NCBI GenBank assembly: GCA_045532985.1
Contig: JAZSGY010000015.1
Location: 7,743 to 71,742, forward strand
Origin: Eubacteriales bacterium
Lineage (GTDB): Bacteria > Bacillota > Clostridia > Oscillospirales > CAG-272
DNA: 64,000 nt
Reading direction: 5' to 3'
The notes below the pieces were generated by a model, which was not told the DNA's origin, made no database searches, and worked only from the letters and a program-made list of their open reading frames with translations. Below, one piece after another: positions 47,432 to 57,140 of the stretch. A program made the position numbers and the translations under genes. Position 1 is the first letter of the stretch. Each line of letters begins with the position of its first letter.

Positions 47432-48496
47432 TTAGAAAATTTCGATCAATTCCTTAGGGCTTTGCGTAAAATTACGGATCCCATCCTTGGTTACCGCGAT
47501 CATATCCTCGATCCGACAGCCGTATTTCCCCTCAAGATAGATCCCCGGCTCTACGGTGACGACGTCGCCAAGGGTCAGCTTGCGTTCCCCTGCACGCGCA
47601 GAAAGGCGCGGAGATTCGTGTATATCAAGCCCCACCCCGTGACCGAGGCTGTGCCCGAAGCATCCCTTATACCCTGCCGCATCGATCAGATCGCGAGCGA
47701 CCTTATCCATCGCGGCACACGATACGCCCAAGGCGGCAAGCTCAAGCGCGGCCTCTTGCGCGGCAAGGACCGTGCCGTACAAGCGGCGCATTTCCGCGTC
47801 TGCACGCCCGACTACGACTGTGCGCGTCATATCCGAGCAGTAGCCCTCATAAACGGCACCGAAATCCATCGTCAGGAATCCCTTTCTGAGCGGAATGGGT
47901 CGGGGATGCCCGTGCGGCAATGCGCTGGCATCCCCCGAGACGGCGATCGTCTCAAACGCGATGCCGTCGGCACCGTTGCGACGCATAAAGTATTCAAGCT
48001 CAAGCGCGACCTCGATCTCCGTGATCTGCGGTGTCAGAAGCTTCAGGACATGGGAGAATGCCGCGTCGGTGATCTTCTGTGCCGCGGCGATCTTGGAAAG
48101 CTCGGACTCGCTCTTTGCCTCCCGCGCCGAAAGGATCATATCACCGATCGGACGGAAGGATACGGCGTATTTTTCACTCAGCTCGCGGTACTCCGCACAA
48201 GTGACGGAAAGATCCTCGTAGCCCACGTTTTTCGTGGAAAGACCCGCAAAAACGTCGGCAACGAACGCCGTACGCAGTTCGGGCATTACGACCTCAAAGC
48301 TTGACTTTGCCTTGCGCTTTGCATCCTCAAAATAGCGGAAGTCGGTGACGAGATAGTTCGCCGTCTCCGTGATCACCAAGAAGCCGTCGGTAAAGGAAAA
48401 GCCGCACAGATAACGGATATTCTTCTCGTTCGTGACGAGGATCGCCGAGAGATCTTCTGCCCTCATTTTTTCTTTGATTCTGTCGAGCGCTGTCAT
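47432..48496 (-). CDS. Xaa-Pro aminopeptidase (M24B)
   Basis: The creatinase-like N-domain and the M24 metal ligands in DFGAVYEGYCSDMTRT, HSLGHGVGLDIHE and EPGIY...G.RIED. Confidence 0.9.
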   Translation of the reverse strand: MTALDRIKEKMRAEDLSAILVTNEKNIRYLCGFSFTDGFLVITETANYLVTDFRYFEDAKRKAKSSFEVVMPELRTAFVADVFAGLSTKNVGYEDLSVTCAEYRELSEKYAVSFRPIGDMILSAREAKSESELSKIAAAQKITDAAFSHVLKLLTPQITEIEVALELEYFMRRNGADGIAFETIAVSGDASALPHGHPRPIPLRKGFLTMDFGAVYEGYCSDMTRTVVVGRADAEMRRLYGTVLAAQEAALELAALGVSCAAMDKVARDLIDAAGYKGCFGHSLGHGVGLDIHESPRLSARAGERKLTLGDVVTVEPGIYLEGKYGCRIEDMIAVTKDGIRNFTQSPKELIEIF

Positions 48497-49350
48497 TTCT
48501 TCAAGTATTCCTCATAGCATTTCTTCATCATATACGCATCCTCTGTCTGCGTACCCGCGGACTCGGAGATCAGCGTCGGTGTCAGCCCGTCGCGCGCGAT
48601 CGCCTCCATCAGCGGCTCAAAATCGGGACCGTAAACCGTATCGGCGAAGGTCAGATGTCTTTTCTCCCCCGCACCCGTCCATTCGATCTTTGAAAAGTGG
48701 CAGTGCAGATTACGTGCCACGGGATCGGACAACCGCGTGCCGATCGCATCGAAAACGCGGCGGTAATCGTCGGCGGTCTTGAAAACGCCGCCGCAATCAC
48801 GCGCGTTCATATGCCCGAAATCAACGACGGGAACAAGTCGCGTATCCATTTCACAGAGCCTGATCACCTCGTCAAGTGTGCCGAGCTGATTGACCTTCCC
48901 CATCGTTTCGAGTCCGATGCTGATGCCCGTATCTTCGACCTCCTCAAGCGTCTTGTATAGCGTGTCGGCGGCAAGACGCATCGCCTCCTCGCGCGTGATC
49001 TTTGCGGCGCTCCCCGTATGCACGACGACCGTATGCGCACCGAGCAGGGCGGCGGCACGCAGGCTTTGCTTGATATACCCGATGCTCTTCAGGCGCTTCT
49101 CGGTCTCAACGCCCGAGAGTGATATAAAATAGGGTGTGTGATAGGACATACTGATGCCGTGGAGTGCCGCCTGCTCTCCGATCGCCGCAAGCGTTGCCTC
49201 ACCCGCCGTGAGTCCGTTTCCCGCTTCAAATTCATAGGCGTCAAGCCCGATCGATGCAAGAAAGGCGGGTGCCTCCTTCGTGCTTTTTTTGCCCGCGGCA
49301 TAGAAGGATTCGCTGTTTCCGCCGGGACCAAACAGAGCTTTTTCTCTCAT
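48493..49350 (-). CDS. TIM-barrel protein of the AP-endonuclease-2 / sugar phosphate isomerase superfamily
   Basis: 285 aa. The blocks YEFE, VVVHTGS, GLETMG, DFGHMNA and HCHFS fit the endonuclease IV-like barrel pattern. Confidence 0.65.
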   Translation of the reverse strand: MREKALFGPGGNSESFYAAGKKSTKEAPAFLASIGLDAYEFEAGNGLTAGEATLAAIGEQAALHGISMSYHTPYFISLSGVETEKRLKSIGYIKQSLRAAALLGAHTVVVHTGSAAKITREEAMRLAADTLYKTLEEVEDTGISIGLETMGKVNQLGTLDEVIRLCEMDTRLVPVVDFGHMNARDCGGVFKTADDYRRVFDAIGTRLSDPVARNLHCHFSKIEWTGAGEKRHLTFADTVYGPDFEPLMEAIARDGLTPTLISESAGTQTEDAYMMKKCYEEYLKK

Positions 49351-49862
49351 CCTTCAAACTCCTCCTTGTGCTTTTTGCGGTAGGCACGCATAATTGGTTT
49401 TTCAAGCAGACGCTTGGTTCTGAAAAAGAGCGTGCGCTTGTCCTTGATCGGGGGGACGATATAAGCACGCATCCCGAGCCGCTTCCCCGCCCACACGTCG
49501 GTAAAGATCTGGTCGCCGACGACGGCGGTATTCTCAACCGTTGAATGCATCGCCTCCATTGCCAGACGCAGATTTTTTCCGCACGGCTTTTTACTGTCTG
49601 CAAAGACGAAAAGCCCGAGGTTGCGGTTAAAAAGCTCCGCACGTGGGGCGTGGTTGTTGGAAACAAAGGACGCACGGATCCCCGCCGCCCTCAGATCGGC
49701 AAACCAAGAAAGCGCGCGCTCGTCGGGCTCCGCCACCTCGTACGGTGCGATCGTATTATCAATATCAAGGATCAGCGCCTCGATCCCCTCCGCCTTCAGA
49801 AAGTCGACGGTGATAGCGTCATAGGTGGGAAAAAGCCGATCCGGCATCCATACACGAAACAT
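49347..49862 (-). CDS. yqeG: YqeG-family HAD-IIIA phosphatase
   Basis: LILDIDNTIAPY, FVSNN and VGDQIFTD. Confidence 0.85.
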   Translation of the reverse strand: MFRVWMPDRLFPTYDAITVDFLKAEGIEALILDIDNTIAPYEVAEPDERALSWFADLRAAGIRASFVSNNHAPRAELFNRNLGLFVFADSKKPCGKNLRLAMEAMHSTVENTAVVGDQIFTDVWAGKRLGMRAYIVPPIKDKRTLFFRTKRLLEKPIMRAYRKKHKEEFEG

Positions 49863-49962
49863 ATAGACCTCGCTTTAAAACTGTATTTTCATTGTCTTCT
49901 ATTGTATCATATTTTTAAGGATTTGGCAACCAAAACTTTTTTGCTTTTTTTGAAAAAAGGTA

Positions 49963-49991
49963 TTGACAAAAAGAAAGTTATGTGTTATCAT
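49963..49991 (+). promoter_or_regulatory. sigma-A promoter of the tRNA-Gly/tRNA-Arg pair
   Basis: TTGACA (49963-49968), a 17 nt spacer, then TATCAT (49986-49991). Confidence 0.6.
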
Positions 49992-50017
49992 AAACAGGTC
50001 CGAGCGAGATGAACCCT

Positions 50018-50091
<74 letters not shown>

Positions 50092-50095
50092 AAAT

Positions 50096-50171
50096 GCGCT
50101 TGTAGCTCAGTGGATAGAGTGCCCGGCTACGAACCGGTAGGTCATAGGTTCGAATCCTATCAGGCGCGCCA
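50096..50171 (+). tRNA. tRNA-Arg (anticodon ACG)
   Basis: GCGCTTGTAGCTCAGTGGATAGAGTGCCCGGCTACGAACCGGTAGGTCATAGGTTCGAATCCTATCAGGCGCGCCA. The anticodon loop is CTACGAA and CCA is encoded. Confidence 0.9.
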
Positions 50172-50173
50172 TC

Positions 50174-50201
50174 AAACGACATGTTTTACATGTCGTTTTT
50201 T
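50174..50201 (+). terminator. terminator of the tRNA pair
   Basis: A 10 bp stem aaacgacatg / catgtcgttt, loop tttta, then a T-run. Confidence 0.85.
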
Positions 50202-50212
50202 GTTTTATAACG

Positions 50213-50246
50213 AACAGGCGTAACCGTTTTCGGTTACGCCTGTTTT
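50213..50246. terminator. second, 14 bp hairpin directly after the SPFH gene stop
   Basis: aacaggcgtaaccg / cggttacgcctgtt with loop tttt. It is placed between convergent transcription units. Confidence 0.7.
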
Positions 50247-50247
50247 A

Positions 50248-51525
50248 TTAGCTTTTCTTACCGCATTCGGGGCAGAATTTGAAGGGCTCGTCGGACTGAT
50301 ATCCGCAGGAGCAGGTATAGCCCTCAGGCTTCCTCTCCCCGCACTCGGAACAGAATTTGCCCGTGCAGGATGCACCGCACTTGGGGCAGGTCCAGCTGCC
50401 GTTATCGGATGCCTGCGTGCCGCATTCGGGGCAGAATTTTCCCTCAAACGCCGTACCGCAGGAGTGACAGACGTTCCCCTGCTTCTTTTCGGTCTTTTTC
50501 TTTTCCGCAAGCTCGTTTGCCGATTGGATAAGGCCGCCCTGCGCTGCGGCACCGCCCGTTGCGTTTGCCGCCATACCGAAGCCCATAAAGCCCGTCATTG
50601 CACCGCCGCTGTTCTTTGCGGCGTTTTGCATCGCCTCCATCTGCGCGTAGGCAAGCCCGCCCGTCATCGCCGAAGGATCGCTGTGCATCACGTTGGTGTC
50701 AAATTTTTCAATGCGCTCACGGCTCTTATCGTCGGGCGTGACCTTCGTCAGCGCGACCGATGCGATCTCCATACCGCGGCGCTGACGCCATTCGCCGTCG
50801 AGCGTCTCGCTCATATAACCTGCAAGCTCTCTTTGCTTCAAGGGAAGCTGGCTGAATTTGAAGCCCTCAGTCGAGCACATAGCAAGCGCCGTGTCGAGTG
50901 CCGTCATAAATTCGTCGGTGCAGATGCCACGCAGCTGCTCTCTCGTATAGACGTCGCTGACGTTGCCCGAAATATGGCTGTAAAAGAGGATGGGGTCGGT
51001 GATTTTGAAGGAATACTGACCGAAATAACGGATATAAAGCGCCGTTTTGTAATAAGGGTCGTCGTACGGCATCGGCGTTTGCGTGCCGAATTTGTTGTCA
51101 ACGATCTCCTTGACGTTCACGTAATAAACGCGCTGATTTGAGCCCGTGTTCCCTGCAAAGGTGAAGCGCGAGCCGATCGTTTTGAAGGACTCGATCATCC
51201 CCTTGAAGAATTCTCCCGCCAGCATCGACGGCTCCGTCGAGCTATCCCAACGGAATTTACCCGGCACCGCGCAGAATTCCACGATCTTGCCGTTGTCAAC
51301 GATCAGGGCAACTTGTCCTTCGTTTACGGCAATGACCGAGCCGTTGGTGATCAGATCGTCGGATGCCTTATTGGAGGAGCGACCGAAAAGTCCGCGCTTT
51401 TCTGCGTGGAATTTTCCCTTCGCAATCAGAACGTCGTTCGAGAGCGAATCGCAATAAAAATACTCCCGCCACTGGTCGGCAAGTACACCGCCCGTAGCAT
51501 TCGCCAAAGCACTGATAAGTCCCAT
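50248..51525 (-). CDS. SPFH/Band-7 (YdjI-like) protein with three C-terminal zinc-ribbon units
   Basis: The N-terminus MGLISALANATGGVLADQWREYFYCD and a long SPFH-like body. The C-terminus has CHSCG...CPECG, CPKCG...CSECG and CSCG...CPECG. Confidence 0.75.
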   Translation of the reverse strand: MGLISALANATGGVLADQWREYFYCDSLSNDVLIAKGKFHAEKRGLFGRSSNKASDDLITNGSVIAVNEGQVALIVDNGKIVEFCAVPGKFRWDSSTEPSMLAGEFFKGMIESFKTIGSRFTFAGNTGSNQRVYYVNVKEIVDNKFGTQTPMPYDDPYYKTALYIRYFGQYSFKITDPILFYSHISGNVSDVYTREQLRGICTDEFMTALDTALAMCSTEGFKFSQLPLKQRELAGYMSETLDGEWRQRRGMEIASVALTKVTPDDKSRERIEKFDTNVMHSDPSAMTGGLAYAQMEAMQNAAKNSGGAMTGFMGFGMAANATGGAAAQGGLIQSANELAEKKKTEKKQGNVCHSCGTAFEGKFCPECGTQASDNGSWTCPKCGASCTGKFCSECGERKPEGYTCSCGYQSDEPFKFCPECGKKS

Positions 51526-51793
51526 TTATGTATCTCCTTTTCTAACAAAAAACCCGCCATAGCCGTGTAGAGCGAAATATGACCCTGCCAGTGCAGGTAG
51601 GTGTCCGCTCCCGTACATTGTGCTCCCAGCGTCCGATGCGTTCGGTAAATACGGAACGGTCGGGAGGTCTGCATACCCGAAACGGGAATAAAGACTCCAA
51701 TATCATGTTTGTAGGTCCAATTATCACTCTATCACGAACCAGGCAGGCTGATCTTCTCTTTTATCTTATGACGGAGCGCGTGAGATTATACGG

Positions 51794-52096
51794 TCATTTA
51801 CGGTCGTAATCCACTTCGTCAAAAAACAGGTCGTTGAAAAAATCGTCTACCTTGTCGAATTCGTCGTCGTCATCTACCGTTTCAAACTCGGCGTCGCCCG
51901 CGTCATTCGTCTGCACGCGCAGATATACCATTTGGCTGACGTCCTGCTCACGTACGGGAAGCACGGCGTAGTAGAGGGCGCCGTCGACGGTTCCCTCGGC
52001 AAGGAGCTCGTAGTCCTCCTCCCGTCCCTTTTCGTCAACCAGGGTCAGGATCGGGCTTTCCTCCTGCGCGTCTGTTCTTTCAACCTTCTCTGCCAT
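51794..52096 (-). CDS. DUF1292-family small acidic protein
   Basis: ILTLVDEKGREEDYELLAEGTVDGALYYAVLP...DDDEF fits my memory of the DUF1292 pattern. The ATG at 52096 follows gaggagag. Confidence 0.7.
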   Translation of the reverse strand: MAEKVERTDAQEESPILTLVDEKGREEDYELLAEGTVDGALYYAVLPVREQDVSQMVYLRVQTNDAGDAEFETVDDDDEFDKVDDFFNDLFFDEVDYDRK

Positions 52097-52164
52097 GATT
52101 CTCTCCTCTGTCATTTCTATTCTTATTGTATCAAAAAAGACGCTTAAAGTCAAGTGGGGAACGC

Positions 52165-53289
52165 TTACAAAATATCGGCAAGGATCGCATTCTCGATATA
52201 CATACCCGCATCGCTTAAAAAAACGCGTCCGTTCTCTCTTTTTACGTATCCCGCATCTGCGTATTTTTGTAAAGACGCCCGATGCGTTTGCCAGAAGTCG
52301 GCGCCAAAGCGGCGGCGATAATCCGACTCCCCGATCCCCTCTGCAAGGCGTAACGCCAGCATCACGTACTCGAACCGCAGATCCGCATCGGAGAGTGTTT
52401 CACTCACCTTCGGTGCAAAAACTCCGTTTTTTAAATAGGTTAGGAGATCCTGTCCGTTTCCGTACCGCACGCCGCCGAAATAGGAGTGCGCGGCGATCCC
52501 AAAGCCCATATATTCCTGCGCCCGCCAATAGCGCAGATTGTGCTGACATTCTTCCCCGCGCTTTGCGTAATTACTGATCTCATAATGCGAAAAACCGCGT
52601 GCCGAAAGGATCTCTGCCGCACGCAGGTACATCGCGTACTCGGTCTCCTCATCGGGAAGTGTCAGGTGCGCGCGCCTCTGATAGAGGGGCGTCCCCTCCT
52701 CAAGGATCAGTCCGTAAAGCGAAAGATGCGTAACGCCCGTATCAAGCGTGCGCAGAAGCGTACGCTCAAAGCTCTCGGCGGTCTGCTCGGGGATGCCGTA
52801 CATCAGATCTGCCGAGACGCGCGGAAAATTCCGCACGGCAAGCGTCAGCGTTTCGATCGCCTCCTCTGCCGTATGAAGGCGACCAAGCGCCAAAAGCTCC
52901 GAATCGCACAGTGACTGCACGCCGATGCTGATACGGTTAAAGCCGATCTGTCGGAGTTCCGCCATATGCTCGGCATCAACGGTCTTCGGATTTGCCTCGA
53001 GTGTGATCTCTGCCGCGGGCGATAGCGTAAAGCTCTGCCCGATTTGTGAAAGGATGCGTGAAAGCTCTGCCGTCGGCATCAGGGTCGGTGTACCACCGCC
53101 GAAATAGACCGACGTAACGGTACAGTCCCGCGCGCGCTCGGCATACTGCCGGATCTCGCGAATGACTGCATCCGCATATTCGGAGCGTAGCCCACCGTCC
53201 TGCCCTGCATAAGAGCAGAAATCGCAGTACAGACACTTGCGAAGGCAAAACGGGATGTGCACGTATAAACCGAGGGTTCGGTTACTCAT
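52165..53289 (-). CDS. hemW: radical SAM heme chaperone HemW (HemN-like)
   Basis: [19 protein letters not shown] (CxxxCxxC) and a HemN C-terminal domain. The ATG at 53289 overlaps the lepA stop (ATGAGTAA). The 73 aa Arg-rich track extension is rejected. Confidence 0.9.
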   Translation of the reverse strand: MSNRTLGLYVHIPFCLRKCLYCDFCSYAGQDGGLRSEYADAVIREIRQYAERARDCTVTSVYFGGGTPTLMPTAELSRILSQIGQSFTLSPAAEITLEANPKTVDAEHMAELRQIGFNRISIGVQSLCDSELLALGRLHTAEEAIETLTLAVRNFPRVSADLMYGIPEQTAESFERTLLRTLDTGVTHLSLYGLILEEGTPLYQRRAHLTLPDEETEYAMYLRAAEILSARGFSHYEISNYAKRGEECQHNLRYWRAQEYMGFGIAAHSYFGGVRYGNGQDLLTYLKNGVFAPKVSETLSDADLRFEYVMLALRLAEGIGESDYRRRFGADFWQTHRASLQKYADAGYVKRENGRVFLSDAGMYIENAILADIL

Positions 53290-55096
53290 CGTCGTCGAGC
53301 TTAAGCACTGCCATAAATGCCTCGGGCGAGACCTCAACACTACCGAGACGGCGCATCTTCTTCTTGCCCTCTTTTTGCTTTTCAAGCAGCTTCTTTTTAC
53401 GCGTGATATCACCGCCGTAGCACTTTGCCAAAACGTCCTTACGCATTGCCTTGACCGTCTCACGCGCAATGACCTTATTGCCGATCGCCGCCTGGATCGG
53501 GATCTCAAAAAGCTGACGCGGAATGTTCGCCTTCAGCTTCTCCGCTATGCGGCGCGCACGCGAATACGCCTTTTCCTCGTGCACGATAAAGGAAAGCGCG
53601 TCCACCATTTCCCCATTAAGAAGGAAATCGAGCTTCACGAGCTTTGACGGACGGTATTCCGAAAATTCATAGTCGAGCGAGGCGTAACCCTTACTGCGGC
53701 TCTTGAGAGCATCAAAAAAGTCGTAAACAATCTCGTTGAGCGGCAAAAGATAGTGCAGCTCAGCACGCTCGGTGTCAAGGTATTTCATATCCACGAAGAT
53801 ACCGCGGCGATCCTGGCAAAGATCCATAATGCCGCCAATGTATTCCGTCGGTGTGATCAGATTTGCTTTTACGACGGGCTCTGCCGCCTCCTCGATCTCA
53901 TCGGGGTTCGGGTAATTCGAGGGGTTGTCGATCATCACGGTCTCGCCGCCACGCTTTTTGATGCGATAAATAACGCTCGGCGCGGTCGTGATCAGATCAA
54001 GATTGAATTCGCGCTCCAGCCGTTCCTCGATGATCTCCATATGCAAAAGCCCAAGGAATCCGCAACGGAAGCCGAAGCCGAGCGCGATCGACGTTTCGGG
54101 CTCGTAGATGAGGGCGGCGTCATTGAGCTGCAGCTTTTCAAGCGCGTCGCGCAGATCGCCGTAGCGTGCGCCGTCCGCGGGATAAATGCCCGCATATACC
54201 ATCGGCCGCACCTGACGGAAGCCCGGAAGCGGCTCTGCGGCACCGTTCTCTGCCGTTGTGATGGTATCACCCACGCGGGTCTCACCGACGGTCTTGATGC
54301 TGGCGGTAATATAACCGACCTCACCTGCCGTAAGCTCGCCGCATTTGCGCAGACCGAAGGGCTCCATCGTTCCGACGTCAACTACGTCGAATTCCGCCCC
54401 CGTGCTCATCAGACGGATGCGATCACCCGTGCGGAGCTTGCCGTCCAGAACGCGGATGTATACGACGACGCCAAGATAACTGTCGTAGTGCGAGTCGAAG
54501 ATCAACGCCTTCAGGGGAGCATCCTCATCACCGCGCGGCGCGGGAATGTCGCGCACGACCTTCTCCAGCACGTCCTCGATGTTAATACCCGCCTTTGCGG
54601 AGACCGCAGGACAGTCCTCGGCAGGAATACCGATCACGTCCTCGATCTCACGGCGCGTTCTGTCAACGTCGGCGGAGGCAAGGTCGATCTTGTTGATGAC
54701 GGGCAGGATCTCAAGATCGTTGTCGATCGCGAGATATGCGTTGGCAAGCGTCTGCGCCTCAACGCCCTGCGTTGCATCAACGACAAGAAGCGCTCCCTCG
54801 CACGCGTTGAGCGAACGGGAGACCTCATATCCGAAGTCCACGTGACCGGGAGTGTCGATCAGGTTAAAATGATAAAGCTCCCCGTCGCAGGCAGTATAAT
54901 TAAGATGGATCGCGCGCGCCTTGATCGTAATACCGCGCTCACGCTCAAGATCCATATCGTCAAGCAGCTGCTCCTCCATATCGCGTGCAGCGACCGTACC
55001 CGTTTTTTCAAGGATGCGGTCGGCAAGCGTTGATTTACCGTGATCAATATGAGCAATGATTGAAAAATTCCTGATGTGCTTTTGTTTTTCTGTCAC
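53282..55096 (-). CDS. lepA: translation elongation factor 4 (LepA)
   Basis: [28 protein letters not shown] and NKIDL GTPase motifs, plus the LepA-specific C-terminal domain. Confidence 0.97.
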   Translation of the reverse strand: MTEKQKHIRNFSIIAHIDHGKSTLADRILEKTGTVAARDMEEQLLDDMDLERERGITIKARAIHLNYTACDGELYHFNLIDTPGHVDFGYEVSRSLNACEGALLVVDATQGVEAQTLANAYLAIDNDLEILPVINKIDLASADVDRTRREIEDVIGIPAEDCPAVSAKAGINIEDVLEKVVRDIPAPRGDEDAPLKALIFDSHYDSYLGVVVYIRVLDGKLRTGDRIRLMSTGAEFDVVDVGTMEPFGLRKCGELTAGEVGYITASIKTVGETRVGDTITTAENGAAEPLPGFRQVRPMVYAGIYPADGARYGDLRDALEKLQLNDAALIYEPETSIALGFGFRCGFLGLLHMEIIEERLEREFNLDLITTAPSVIYRIKKRGGETVMIDNPSNYPNPDEIEEAAEPVVKANLITPTEYIGGIMDLCQDRRGIFVDMKYLDTERAELHYLLPLNEIVYDFFDALKSRSKGYASLDYEFSEYRPSKLVKLDFLLNGEMVDALSFIVHEEKAYSRARRIAEKLKANIPRQLFEIPIQAAIGNKVIARETVKAMRKDVLAKCYGGDITRKKKLLEKQKEGKKKMRRLGSVEVSPEAFMAVLKLDDDE

Positions 55097-55122
55097 AGCT
55101 TTTTCCCTTTTTGCTTTTTATT

Positions 55123-56853
55123 TTATTCTGCAAAGCACTTGGCGTCCGCAACGGCGTCGGCAAGCGTTTTTTTCAACTGTTCGGGGTCTTCTCCGTGGAA
55201 AAGGAAGTAGATCTTGATCTTCGGCTCGGTGCCCGAGGGGCGAATGATCACCTTGTTTCCGCTTTCGAGCGTGTAATAAAGCACGTCACTGCTGATAAGG
55301 CCCGTCGGGGTGATAGCACCCGTTAAAAGATCAGTCACACTTCCCTTTGCGTAGTCGCCGATCTTTACGACCGCACTGCCGCCGATCAAGGCAGGCGGTG
55401 CTTCTCTCAGACGTTCCATTACACGGCGACGACGCTCAATGCCGTCAAGACCTTCCATATAGATGTCGAGCATTTCTTCTTTGTAATAGCCGTATTTGCG
55501 ATACAGCGCCTCCAGCGCATCGCATAGCGTCATACCGCGTGCGCGGTAATGCGCCGTCATCTCGCAGATCATCAGGGCAGCGCCCACGGCGTCCTTGTCA
55601 CGCGCGTAGCTACCGAACAGATAGCCGTAGCTCTCCTCAAAGCCGAGCAAGAAGCTACCGTCCTTTCCGCTATTCTCGTAGTCCTTAATGACACCGCCGA
55701 TGAACTTGAAGCCCGTCAGCACGTCGTGCAGGCAGATCCCCTGCACGCTTGCGATGCGATAAGCGAGGTCGGTTGAAACGATCGATTTGACGGCATAATC
55801 GTTTTTACCGAGCGTGCCCGTGGCACGCCGTGCCTCGATAACGTAATCCAGCAAAAGCGCACCCATCTGATTTCCCGTGATCGTGACGAACTTTCCGTCC
55901 TTATCACGGCTCATCACGCCGATTCGGTCCGCATCGGGGTCGGTTGCGATCACAAGGTCGCTTCCAACCTTCTCTGCGATCTCAATTCCAAGCGAAAAAA
56001 CGTCGGCGTATTCGGGATTCGGCTTCTTTACCGTCGGGAAGTTTCCGTCGGCAACCATTTGCTCGGGCACCGTATGGATATGCTTCAGCCCGAGCCGCTT
56101 GAAGATCTCAGGAACCAGCACGCGCCCTGCTCCGTGCAGAGGCGAATACACGATCTTGAGATCATCCGCAATCGCCGCGACCGCATTCGGTTGAATGGCG
56201 GTTTTTAAGACGGCGGAAAGATACCGCTCGTCAAATTCACGGTCAAGCACCGTGACGATCCCCTCGCTGATGGCGGCGTCAAAATCCTTACGAGGTGCCC
56301 CCGTCAGGACGTCGGTTTTTGAGATCGCGGCGCTGACGGTCTTCGCCTGCTCGGGCGAGATCTGTGCGCCGTCCTCCCAATAGGCTTTATATCCGTTATA
56401 CTCCTTCGGGTTGTGCGAAGCGGTGATATTGATGCCCGCAAGGCAGTGCAGCTCGCGAACCGCAAAGGAAAGCTCGGGCGTCGGACGTATGTCGTCAAAA
56501 ATATAGACACGGATCCCCTTTGCTGCCAGAACCTCTGCCGCGGTGCGGGCAAATAAAGCAGAGTTGTTGCGGCTGTCGCAAGCGATCACAGCGCCGCGCG
56601 CCGCACCGTTTTCCGACAGAATCAGATCGGCGATCCCCGCCGTTGCCTGCGCGACGGTATAGGTGTTCATACACCCGATGCCGAGCTTCATCACCGAGCG
56701 CAAGCCCGCCGTTCCAAAGGACATCGGTGCGCCGAAGCGTAGAGCAAGCTCCTCCTCATCCTCACGGAGCTTTAGAAGCTCATCACGCTCGTTTTCGGTC
56801 AGTACTCCGCTATTCAACCAGCGCTCATATTCTTTTCTGTATTCTGTCATCAA
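55123..56853 (-). CDS. phosphoglucomutase/phosphomannomutase-family phosphohexomutase
   Basis: The active-site TASHNPKEYNGYK, the metal loop TDPDADR, and the sugar-binding GFEESYG. Confidence 0.9.
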   Translation of the reverse strand: MMTEYRKEYERWLNSGVLTENERDELLKLREDEEELALRFGAPMSFGTAGLRSVMKLGIGCMNTYTVAQATAGIADLILSENGAARGAVIACDSRNNSALFARTAAEVLAAKGIRVYIFDDIRPTPELSFAVRELHCLAGINITASHNPKEYNGYKAYWEDGAQISPEQAKTVSAAISKTDVLTGAPRKDFDAAISEGIVTVLDREFDERYLSAVLKTAIQPNAVAAIADDLKIVYSPLHGAGRVLVPEIFKRLGLKHIHTVPEQMVADGNFPTVKKPNPEYADVFSLGIEIAEKVGSDLVIATDPDADRIGVMSRDKDGKFVTITGNQMGALLLDYVIEARRATGTLGKNDYAVKSIVSTDLAYRIASVQGICLHDVLTGFKFIGGVIKDYENSGKDGSFLLGFEESYGYLFGSYARDKDAVGAALMICEMTAHYRARGMTLCDALEALYRKYGYYKEEMLDIYMEGLDGIERRRRVMERLREAPPALIGGSAVVKIGDYAKGSVTDLLTGAITPTGLISSDVLYYTLESGNKVIIRPSGTEPKIKIYFLFHGEDPEQLKKTLADAVADAKCFAE

Positions 56854-56876
56854 CGTAATCCTCCAAATAAAATATA

Positions 56877-57140
56877 TCAGTTCTCAGTCTGTGCCAAGCA
56901 GGCCTCAATCGCCTGTGCCAATTGATCGGGGCAGGACGTACTGCGCGGACCGCAGCGAATGCCCTTCATTCTCTTGATCGCCTCTGCCGCCGTCATACCG
57001 ACGACCAGAGCGGAAATGCCGTTCGTATTGCCCGAGCATCCGCCGTCAAAGGTGACGTTTTGGATGATCCCGTCCTCGATCTCCACGTAGATCAATCTCG
57101 AACAGGTTCCGCGTGTTTTATAAGTAATCTCTTGTCTCAC
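56877..57140 (-). CDS. TSCPD-domain small protein (TIGR03905-like)
   Basis: 87 aa. GTCSRLIYVEIEDGIIQNVTFDGGCSGNTNGIS...GIRCGPRSTSCPDQLA. The GTG start at 57140 overlaps the upstream stop (GTGA). Confidence 0.75.
   Translation of the reverse strand: MRQEITYKTRGTCSRLIYVEIEDGIIQNVTFDGGCSGNTNGISALVVGMTAAEAIKRMKGIRCGPRSTSCPDQLAQAIEACLAQTEN

Noticed and set aside
51526-51793. Tried to identify the structured gap as SRP RNA, 6S RNA, a T-box, or a cobalamin, FMN, ykkC, c-di-AMP or glycine riboswitch.
   Set aside because: None of the invariant cores I remember for these classes is present (for example GGAAGCAGC for SRP, the GCCACUG-type B12 box, and GGUCCGAGAG for ykkC). It is kept only as an unassigned structured region.
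53753-55033. A 426 aa plus-strand ORF opposite lepA. Similar long antisense ORFs occur at 5243-6307 and 8709-9896.
   Set aside because: All lie antisense to well-supported genes (lepA, citrate synthase, the CobW-like gene plus tRNA-Lys). They are shadow ORFs.
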